This document shows, piece after piece, positions 38,501-50,500 of a DNA stretch of 64,000 nucleotides. The notes beneath the pieces were generated by a model. That model worked only from the letters and a program-made list of their open reading frames with translations, had not been told where the DNA came from and ran no database searches. Every line of letters starts with the position of its first letter. Positions within the stretch are counted from its first letter, which is position 1. Origin of the DNA: Aplysia californica (Eukaryota); NCBI RefSeq assembly GCF_000002075.1, contig NW_004797437.1, positions 532,972 through 596,971 on the forward strand. Reading direction: 5' to 3'. The position numbers and the translations under genes are program-made.

Positions 38501-41500
38501 AAAATAAGACTCAGAATAAGAGTAACAGGTTTCCTCATTGTTCTGCACATATGAAGGGATACTGTGACAAAGCAACTTTCATATAAAAATAATGAAACAC
38601 CAAGCACAGGCTGATTGAATCATTCAATTCGTGATCTGTACTCATCTGAAGTAAAAAAAAACAAAATTAATCATAACAGCACAAATTAATTAGTTACAGC
38701 AATTTTTGTGACCAAATACAGTCCAACGCCCATTGTCGAGGAGAAAAGTGGTCATCTTAGTCGAACAGTCCTCTCGAACAGTGTCATTTTAATAATGAAC
38801 AAAAAATGCACAAGGAGAGAAAAAGGAAGTGGCCGTTTGTACAGTTGATTTTTCTCCAACAGGTGGCTGTTAGAGCAAATTTGAATGTATCGGAAAGCAG
38901 TGAAGGCTAAAGATCCAGCTAGTAATCCATGCGGGGGAAAAAAACGAAAGAGTGAATTTTGACAAGATAACCCATTTCATCACAAAACTTTAGGAACCCC
39001 AGTATTTCTCTGTACCTCCAGAGGTGTCAAGAGGCAGCGAGTCGGTGTCATTGGCCAGGGAGAGAGAGCTGGCGTCAGCAGCGTCCCCAGCCCCAGACGT
39101 GCTGGTCACAACTGCGGTGGCTGTCACCGTCCTCGTTGTGTCTTCCGCCGGCTTGATTGGAAGTGTCGGGCGGAAGTTTGGCAAGTTATGAAAGCCCTGA
39201 AGAAAGAGAAAAAGCCACTTTGGTGTTACTGGTTTAGACATGAATACCAGTGTAGGAATCTAACGGCTTTGATAAACAGCTAATATCTAACATTTGATCC
39301 TACTAAGTGTCAAAGGCAAGCTTTAATTTGACTAATATGGAACTCTGTAATCTGAAAAAAAAGTTAATAACATCTCCTTTTCAGAGATCCATCTGTGATA
39401 GATGTCAAGTTTTATTCTTTAAAAAAGAAAAGCTAAAATAAATTAACCTGTGTGCATCATGTATATAAATTCTATTTTGGTTTAGGGTAGTCATATGACT
39501 AACGGGGATGCTCTTCCTGCTGAGGGAGGGAGGAAGGAACCCCCCCCCCCCCTTCCCAAGTTATCACACACCATTGTGTCATATGCTGGTGGAGGAGCAA
39601 CAATAGGAAGAATGTCACTTCAAGACAGAAAGGGTACCAAATCCACACCCAGGACATACATTTTTTTTTAAATTATCATAAATGGATTATGAAGTTTTTT
39701 CTTTTTTTTTAACACAAAGGCCAGAAAAATCAAAATGACAAGTGACTCCCACACCACCTGCAGTTTTCCATTTTTTGACCGAAAGGTCAACAATAAACAT
39801 GATAAACAACCCAAAGCTGCATTGTGAGCCAGGCTATCTGTACCTGTACCGGTGTCATCAGGAGAGTGGTCTGACCATTGGCCGACGGAATCATCACAGC
39901 TGGGATGGAGGTAGACGATGGAGGTTGACCAGGGGGTGGGTAGCGGCGGGGTCGGCCTCGCCCTCGTTTCACAGCTACAGGGGGGGGACAAAAACGTGGA
40001 AGAATTGCAAGAAACAACAAAAACTTCCTTTGTCTTTTCTTTATAAGTAGGTGTTTTTTACACCCCTATTAACACAATTTAGATCATTTAGGAGGCGGGC
40101 TTCCAACCCTGCCTGTCCGGGCCAACCTGGTCTGAGTCTGAGAGAGAAACAACATACTAGTAGAAAGACCGAGATACTCGATAAAATTTCTCCCCACTTG
40201 GATCTCCTGCGTGTAACAGCCAAGCGCCTAACCACTACACCACAAATGGTGGGAAAATCCCTCTGTGTGCGTTCAAGTACTCGATCTTGTTAGGGTGCAA
40301 GCATTGACTCCTGTCTCTATGTGTGCGAAAATATATCTGCACATACGATATGAGTGTGGACATTTAGGTATAAGAACAAAGAAGCCTAAACCATAAGAGT
40401 TCAAAATTTTTACTCAAAATGAACCTCTCCCCAAACATTTCTAAATCATTGACCATCTTAAACAGCTTTTACAAATAAAAGGCTACGAAATGAGAACACA
40501 TTTATTGTCGGTGTCTAATTGAACTCTTTTTTAGTTTTAGTAGAGGTTTTACAGCGCTCGCAACTGCATAAATTCTTTCGCTAGGAAGAGTCTTATGTTA
40601 GATGTGCTCTATATGCCGCTCTGCTTAGTGCTCCAAAATTTTTTTAATAACGTAAGAACGAGAAGGAAAAAAACTACGAAGTGAATGAGTTAAGCTGAAA
40701 GTAGTCTTTCAATGACTTCTTCTAAGCCTATATTCATCTTTAGCAATGATGAAGCCCACAATAAGACGGATCCCAGTTTTGAACTTCTTGGAGTAGTTGA
40801 GTAGTCAGAAGTGCCAGTCTCATAAGTTACTGACATAACAGGCAGGCTTGCAATAACTACAGCAGGGGTAATGACAAGAATATACGAAAACAACAATGGA
40901 AAATTTTGCCTTAATAAACGCAAGTGCACTTCTTCCAAAGTTTACTCTCAAAGCCTGAATACCTCAATAACAACCACAGTGATCACAGACCCATTCAAAA
41001 AGAGAGTAAAATAGAAATATCATTACAGTAAAGCGTATCTTGAACTTTAAAATTTGACTTTCTTTCAACCTGAAAATGCGACTGGTTGTTTCTCCATTGA
41101 GGTCTTTCTATACATACGTGGAGGAGCAGCTGCTGGAGCTGCCGTCAAAATCATGGTGGGCGGTTCTGCCTCCCTCTGAGCTGTTTTCTTTTTCTTAAAG
41201 TCTGGCAGGTTGAGGGTGATGTCTGGGTCTTTATCTTGGTTATCTGTGAAAGGTTCCTCCTCATCTGAGTCTTCAAGCTCTTCGTACTCTGAGGAAATAC
41301 ATTCATCATATTCATAATGTTACCATGCTCCGATATAAATACAGTGGAGTCAGCTGAAACCAAAATCTGTGGGACTGTTAAGTTTTCCTCAGTTTAGCTG
41401 GGTTTTCGGTTCAGAGACATTGCTCAAATAGAAGTAAAAATTTGAGGGGTTTTGGAGTTTGTTTGGTTGGGGTTTTTTTTGGGGGGGGGGTTGTTTACTG

Positions 41501-44500
41501 CTGTTTTCGGATTAACCGAGTGCGGTTTAAGGGGATTCCACAGAATGTCAATTGATTTCACAAACACAAAACTGAGATCAAACCCGTCAGGAAATCTGAG
41601 TTAAGTTCATACTGCTTAAAAATAACACAGGTACTAAAACTATTTCTTATTGTAATGTGCAAAATGATTTTTTAGATCCACAGGGATGGAAACTGATCAG
41701 TCCAAAATTTACTGATCTTTTCGCTTGCTATACAGATTTGGAAAAATACACTTATTCGATTGTACACATAGTAGAATAAATCACCTTATGGAAAATAATA
41801 ATTTCACTTTACTGCTAGTCGACCAAGCGTTTATGGAGGCCACTTACGGACGTCACTCACCACTTACGGAAAATGACTGAGCAAATCAAAATTACTGATT
41901 TCAGTAAATTTACGGAAAATTTCCATCCCTTAATACCTATTCCAGATGGCAGAAATATTAGCATTTTTTAAGAAAAAAAGAATATGAGCAACTATAAGTA
42001 GGTAGCGTAAACACGGCCTCGCGGGCACTCACGGCCTTCCGACCTCGTGGTATCAGGGAAAACGGGGTAATTCCGATCGGTTTCTTTGCTCTTTCGTTAT
42101 AAAACACCAAATGCCGTACACTTTGTAAAAGTTCAGCTTTTCCTCGTTACAACGGTGTAAGTTGTTTACATGTCCGATAATTAGGAGCTGGAGAATCGCC
42201 AACGAAAGCGAAGCCCCTCGCGGTCGGAATGCGAGGTCGGCCGGTTCAAAAATTGACAAGTGTGCATTCAAATGCTTCACGGAACGAGGGATGATTTAAT
42301 ACCGTCTTTTCATAGGCGGAGAACTGTAGAACTTTAAACGCGCTTTTCCGTGGTATATATTTGGCCTTTGGCTTTTAAATAGAAAGCTTTTAAAAATACT
42401 GTCCACATGTTTAAAGATCACTTTTTACACAAAATATGTAAAATACCGGCTTTAAAATAGTACCAATTAAAAGATCAGTTCATTTCCTATTAGAATAAAG
42501 TAATCAGCTTGGAATTATTTTTCATCAATCCTTCCGAGAGACTCGGAAAGCATGTGACCGCGCACGCAGGGTACACTACAGTATAGAGCCGACTCGCTCG
42601 CCGCGGGGGCCGGTGTGGCGCCGGCCGGGTCAACGCTCGGTGTTTTTGTCGAAATAACGACAGATCATCGTGTTTGAGGCGATAGAATACTGATTTGTAA
42701 TGATCTCACAGTCTTGAAAAACATTAGGCTCCATATATTTGTTATAGTGATTGTACTCTGTTAATGTGGAAATGTTTAGTGCACTTGGTACTCTTTTATT
42801 GTCTGTCAAACATGGGATTGCAGCCAGTGACTGACTTTAACAAATTTGATCAAATTTTAAACAACTACCATTTTCTTAAAAATTGACTGAGAGGTTAAAG
42901 AATGGTACCAAAATGCTCAGTGGATATATAGGCCTTTCAAATGGAACAGATAAATTTGGCATACAGCTACTTTGAAAATTTAGTTTCTGTTACCTACTGT
43001 AAGGGAAAAAATAATTGAAAAGACATGAGATAGGACAGCCTATCACAAAATTTTAGAAAATGTGAACTGGATTGCTGTAGGGAAAATCTGACCCAAGAGT
43101 TATCATCCCACAGAACAACTGGCACTAGCATGTACAGTGTATCTTCCTGATACAATCAGGGTATCTCCACCCTCAAGGCAATCACGTGCAATTTTTCAAG
43201 GTCACGTAATTCTCCATAAAAGTCAATTTCTTCATTTTATTATTTTTTTATGAGGACTAGCAGTGCATTTTGTCTGGCAACTTATCATGATAGACAAGTT
43301 TTCCTTCAATTTTACACTGCCCCACATCCTCAGTTAAATCTCATAGACACCACACCAACCTTCCAATAGCTTTGCTTTGCGTCTTTTCCTTCCACTTCGT
43401 CTCACCCCATCTGTCCCTGAAATGAAAATATTTTCCAATGCGTACAGAGGACATACATAAAATCTATCAACATAACATTCTTTTAGAACAATCCTATCCA
43501 ACATCAAGCCAAAAATGTTGAAATCAAAGGTATATATACAACTTCTTTTTACATTAAGAAGTAAATAACCTTTCCAAGCTGAGCCCACAAAGAAATTATT
43601 GAAAACAAAAATGTTTTTTGCAAAATGCACATTACCCTGCCTGAACTGTGTACTGATATTTTGAACAAAAGAATTTCCTATTTTTCTTTGGAGGCACATA
43701 AGATTTTACAACAAAATTTGGAAGATTTTTATATCATAACATTTGGACAAACCAGCAAGTAAAATGTACACCATCACAAACAAAATTGTCTGAATGATTT
43801 TACGGTATTATGCGTACAGACACTCACCAGTATCTCAGCCAATTAAATGGTAATTGTAATGGTATAATGTCCCTCTCAAAATTATCACAAAGTTATCAGA
43901 GAATGGATAGGGCACCTAAAAAGCTACCAAGACAACCCAAATTTAAGAATTCCCCATCAAAGATTTGAAGCAGGACCATCCATATCACAGTCCTTCATAA
44001 TACCAGCTGGAATTACAGCACGCTTTCATTCAAATATCACTTATACACTGAGCCCAACGGCAAAGAGTGAAAATAACTTGAACATGTTCAAAGGTGCTGA
44101 TTAAGCCTTCACCTGTATTCGACAGCTCCAGGAGAGTTTCAGCAGCAGAGTTCTGCTCGGAGCCTGACTGCTGCAGTTTTTCCATCTGAGCCTGTTGCTG
44201 TTGCCGTTTCTTCTCCATCAGTTTTTGTTTTTCCTCCTCACTGAGTCGAGGACGACCACGCCTTTTAGTACCTAAGGAACAAAAACACAAAACAACTCTT
44301 CTAAAAGAGAATGTTCGTGGGACAGGACAGAGAATTTGTCTTTAAACACAGGTTTCATCTTAGACTATTACTTTTTTTTAAATCCACCTTTGCAGCAAAG
44401 AGATTTCAAATTTTGTTATTTACAGAATATACAGCTACCAAAAATGTTGACAAAAAACTAGATTAGACTGGTAAGATTTGAATTGCTAAAATAAAGACTG

Positions 44501-47500
44501 GCTCTGACAGTAAGAGACAATAAACCATCAGCTCCATGGGGGGTACATTGTCCCATGTGAAATACAATAGAGGTACCTGTACACTACAATGCAAAGTACA
44601 AGTGAGTTTATCCTATACCGGACAATGTGAGCTACAGTGTCACATTTAACACTTTCCACCCACCAAGCGAAATACTTTTGTCCTCCCATACCAGAAGGCA
44701 GATGGGATACGACAGTGCTACACCTTTACCTTTACAAAAATACCCCAATCATTATGAAATTTTCAGCACCTTGAGGAAACTGAATGTGATGATCACATGT
44801 TCATTTAAAAAAAGGAATTAGAATTGGAACTGAAAACATTAGATCTAGCACATTCATCACCCGAATTCTCATCATGGCATCTGTTTACAGCAGCACTCAT
44901 GCCAGGATACCCGACTTTTTCCAAAAAATATTGACTCCAATAGTTCAAAACAAAACGATTTTCATTCTCAAAGGCCACACTAACCAATCAAAAAGGAAAT
45001 CATAACTTAAACAAGTGCGCATGTCTAGAAGGAGATCATTCCTACAACCTTCATGCTGCTATATCACACTGTCACCAATCCACGTCCCATGAGTAAAAGG
45101 AGTTTTCGTACTTGAGCAGATTGTGGCTTTTGGAGAGCTTGAAGGACAGATTTGGCATCTGTGAGGATGACGGTGTTGGCTTTAGAGTTTTGGTGATTCA
45201 AGAGAATGGCGGCTGGTGTTTCAAGAGCTGACGTTTCAGCTTTATAGTCGGAAGATAGAGATCCTGTGGGGATGGAATGGCTCTCTGTTGACCCTTCTAT
45301 CCACTCTATGTAGATACCTCCACCGCCAATTTTGACTGCATCAGTAGCTGATCCATCTGTGTAAACTCGATTCCACCGGTTGCTTGGGAAGCTTCTGTCC
45401 AGGTAGTCGAGTGTAAGTGACTTGAGTATCAGAGGGGGGACTTCAGATTTGGTGCCATGCTCTTCAAGTTTCTCTCGAATTTGAGGGGGGCGATTAGTCG
45501 GAAGGAGACGGACTTGACAAGGGGTTAGAGATTCTTCAAGAGAGATTTCGCGTCCGGAGCTAGAGTGTCTGGCCATATGGAGGTAGCTTGTTCTTTTTAA
45601 ACGTTTGCTCAGGCTTTCATTGGGAGGGTGGGCATTCTTTTGACCTTTTCCTGATGAACGATCGCTTTCAGAACATGTCTGTCATACAGGGGTTCTAGCC
45701 CAGTTAGTGTCTCCATGACATGAATAGGCGTAGATCTCATTGCTCCCGTGATGATCTGTAGATTTTGATTCTGGATTCTTGTTACTTTGTGGAAGTTGCT
45801 GTCCGATGCTGTTCCCCACGCTGCGATACCATATTCCAGGGCTGTGTGGATATATCCAACATAGACACCATGTAAGATGGTGTGGTTTGCTCCCCAATCT
45901 GACCCTGCCAACTTTCTAAGCAGTGCTGTTCTTCTGTTACCTTTACTTCTGCACCTCTCTGTTTGGGCTTGCCACGTTAGTCTTGGATCAAACGTCACAC
46001 CCAAATAGGTGGGATTTGTCTTGTGTTGTAGAGTGCTTCCATCAAGTTGCAAGTATACCTTTCGGGGTTTTGGTGAGAGGCTGAATGTTGTGTACGTGGT
46101 CTCGTTCTTATTGATCTTCTGTCCCTACTCCTCTGTCCACTTCATCATGGTGTTCAGTGTGTTTTGGAGTCATACCTGGGCTGTTCCCACTGATTCTGCC
46201 GAGCATAAAAAAGCGATGTCATCAGCGTACTCCGCTGCTGTCACTTTCTTGGTGATGGTGGTTGAGATGTCGTTGAGGAAAATCAGGAACAGGGTCGCTG
46301 ATAAAACTCCCCCTTGTGGGACTCCATTACTGATTGTCTCCATTTTGCTTCTTTTTTCCTTGCAGTTTCACACAGGCTCTTCTTTGAGATAGGAATTGCC
46401 AGATTTATTTCAGCATGATGTGAGAGATGTTAAGATTTTGTAATTTCAGTATGAGCCCTTCTGTCCTGACTTCATCAAACGCCTTCTCCAGGTCGATCCA
46501 GACAGCTACAGTGTGTTCTTTCCTCTACCATCTGAGCTATATATGCAATCTGGTCTTCGGTTGATCGATGTTTCCTAAACCCAGATCTGATAGAATATGT
46601 TTTTTTTCTAGGAACCAGCCCAGTCTGTAGTTGAGGATCCTCTCTTGAAGCTTGCACAGACAGCTGGTGAGGCTGATTGGGCGGTAGCTTTCTGCACTGT
46701 TCTTGGGTTTTCGTCTTTGAGGAGGGGTATCTGTATAGCAGTTCTCCAAGCTTTTGGAATTTTCCCGTTCTTCCAGCTGCTGTTGAATATTTGGAGAGTT
46801 TTCTTCTTAGCAGTGTTTCCTATGTGTATAAGCATGTTCATTGCTTAATTTATTTGGGCCAGGGGCTTGTCTTTGTTTAAGATGGAGAAGGGCTCTATCC
46901 AGTTCTGTCATTAAAAGTGGTTTGGTCATAACATCATCCTTAGGTTCTTGTGGGGATACAAAAGCATGTATTTTTCTCTGTACTACTTCTACTCTGTCTG
47001 GAGATAACACTGTCCCATGTAAGGTACGGTAACACTGTCCCATGCCGGGTACAGTAACACTGTGCAATGTGAGATACACTTAGACTTATCTACCTATGGT
47101 ACAAGATGTGAACTACACTGTCCCATGCCGGGTACAGTAACACTGTCACATGTGAGGCACACTGACCCACATAAGGTGTATCTGAGGTACACTATTCTTC
47201 CCCTGCTCACCTGGGGCAGGCTTGAGGGGATATGCACACACTTGCTGGGTGTCCTGGTTGAAGGCCAGCACACATTTCTTGCCTTTCACAGTGATGACCG
47301 TCTGCTCCGAGAGGGGGATGGGGTTGGTCAGATCAGGCTCCTTCTCCACAACCAGCTCCTTCTTCACACTACTCCTTTTCTCTTCCTGTTACAGAACGTG
47401 GTAAGAAGTGTAAATTAGAACAAGAAGACAGAGCCCAGTCAGAGATGAAGTGAGAAGAAGGGAAGCTACTGGTGAAGGATTGGCCGTTCTCTCAGGAAGC

Positions 47501-50500
47501 CAGGAAGATGCATAACAAAGAAAGTGTTGGATAGGGAGCCACAGGGTAAGAGATCTAGGGAAAGATGGCTTGAATCTAGAGAAGAGTCACAGAGAATGAT
47601 GTACAGGAAAGTGGGAAGACATAGAATAATACCAAGAGGCTAGCCCGCGATAGGGAAAGGCAGGAAGCATTATTTTGTTCTTCACCTATACCCTGAAGCA
47701 GGGTGAAAAGGGCAGTGATGATGATGAAGAGAATGTGTGATGTGATCAACAAGACGACAGACCTTTGCAACAAGAAGGTCCTTATAACTGAGGTACTAAA
47801 GGATTGAGCAGCAAAAAAAATAAATTTTGCTGGAAAACTGTAGCCTAAAAGGACATATTGAGGCAAATGCACAGTCCATGTAACTATTAATGTGAATATT
47901 TACGTTTTTTTAAATCACTCTTTACCAGTAAAAACATTCTACAAAATCTAGAACCTAAATAAACACAGAAAGAACAACCTCTAAGAAGGACATGTAGTCA
48001 GAGAAGATACATACCAACTTCATTCGATTCTCTTTTAAAAAGGAACACACATTAGAACATTACAAAAAAATGCCAAAGACCTGAAAGTAATCTGACTAAT
48101 CAAGTGCTGAGAGAGGACTAAGTTGTTTTATAGTTTGGTTTTTTACTTTTGGTTGGCTTTCATTTTAATGCCCAACCACACACAAAAAGGTCATTTCTAA
48201 GGTTGCACACTAGGTCCAGTGATTACAACAAAAAAAGAAGGGAGGGTAACAGGCAGAGATAAAATTCAAAAGTAAATAGCCCACATGTATAAACACAAAT
48301 GCCAATTACAAGTAAGTCTTTTTTTTTTGTTCCTACCAATCCACAAAAGGGGGAGAGGCTTTTAACTAGTCACTCACTGGTTTCATTAAAGTCTGCTCCA
48401 TATCAGAATTTACAACAACCGTTGCTCCATTACTATTGTCATCTTCATCTTCTCTCTCCTCAACCATCTCTCTGACTTTGTCTTCAGATACATCTTCCAA
48501 ACTGTGAGCAGTTTCATGAATGACTGGATTAGATACTGTTAGCGTAACACTTTCATCCTCAGGGTTTTCAAGCACAGGCTTCATTTCTTCGTGTCCGTCA
48601 GGTTCCAGTTTCAAGTCAGAGTCACCCTGCCTCGAGTCCAGGTGTGCAAGAGCCTCTGCAGCACTGAAGCTTCCATCGCCACCAGTCAGGGAATGAGACA
48701 ACTCTCCTTGAAGAGCCTGCAGCATTTCTATTGGCAAAGCCTGGCCTTCAACACTGCCATCCTCTCGTTCCACCTGCCACAGACAAAAATACATTCTCTA
48801 AAACATGTAACAATCAAAAATAAATCTCACTATAGATAATAATAATAATAAATAGCATTTGTATAGCACATTATCCCCGCTCAATAGCAAGCTCTACGTG
48901 CATGACACAATAATCTTACCCCAGCAGACCGTGTAACACTCAGAAACATTCTCAGCTCTCTGGGAAGTATACAGTGCAAGCAGCCAATTAAGTGCTCAAA
49001 CACTGTAGGTAAAACTATTTTCGTAGAAAAGAAAGGAGGAATTTCAGAATCATACTTTGTACCATGAGCACATTCTGTATAAAATCTACAGCAATAGAAA
49101 TTTAGGGTACAAACACAGGCTTCAAATATGCCCTTGGTTCCAATCATATCTACATCTCCATAAACTGATCACTTCTTTTATTCAACCAACATGACTAACA
49201 AGTGGGTACACTAAATATTGAAAAATATAACCAATAACCACTGACATGTCTTAAATGTCTATGTATAATTAATTAAATAATCTCCATTATCATCTTGCTT
49301 TTTTCACTTGCCCTTATGTTCTCTCCACAATACCTTACAAACAGCACTGATTATTCATTTATCGTAACAAAACGAACAGAGGACTCACAAAACAAACTTT
49401 CTTACAACTACAAGCAGTGATCAATTATGTTTTACAACAAAACATGTGGCCAAAGCAGCCGCCAGTCTCACCTGCATGACAGAATTATCAATAATCTGGA
49501 AACTTCCATCTGCCAGTTGCACAGCCTGAGTGATGCCCTGTTGGCGCAGCAGGAACTGCGTGGCTTCATCCAGATTGAGCGTGATAGTGTTTCCCACATG
49601 CGGCAACGCTCCCTCGCTGTCCTCCAAGCTCCCCACCTCTGGGTTGGTGGCCACCACCATGAACTCTCCACCTTCTCCTTCCATAAGGGTGAACCCTTGA
49701 GCTGACCCAGCATCTCCCTTGAGAACTGTAGCACTGTCCCCAGCTATGGAGGTTATGACATTCACACCTGAAGGCAACAAAAGAGTAAAACAATGTAGAA
49801 ATTCCAATACATTGGATAAACGAGAATAAATTCCCATTTTTCAAAATTCAATTATGTGAACAAACTTGTAACAAATTTATTTTCCATAAAGTGGAGTAAA
49901 TACCACCAAGAAGCTCTCCAACATCATCCCATTCTTGGGTCAGCCCCTCCACACAATTCTTTAAAAATAAACCTTTAAAACTCATAGCCGTACACATTAA
50001 ATTTAGGAAGGTGACCCGTTTACCCCAGGAGACCAAGACATATATTTGTGTGAACCTACCATCAAATCACAAATTTCATTCTGCACACTACATGAGTATT
50101 GTTGACTTGTGATTTTCTGCAATTTACAGTCCACCAAACCCACACACAAGTCTACTGGAAACAGATCTTGGCCAATACCTCTAAATAAACACATCCTTGA
50201 AAGAAATCCTAAGGAAACATTCCAGAAAATCAAAGCTCTTTGATTTCCTTAAATTTCTTTAATCTATGAATCTCTTTTAAAATTTACCACCTTCAGGTGC
50301 ACATCATTAGTTCTCATATCTCAGAGAGACTTTTCATACAGTGCCTACCTGTGGTAGTAGAGGATGTTATATCCTCCAGGGAAAAAACTGACGATGGAAC
50401 ACTTGTGACAAGGCTTTGCATTGCTTGCGCTCCATCAGGAATTGCATTGTCAGGCAGGTATTCTTTTTGGAAGATAAATCTCTCTGGGTTCAAGTCACTA

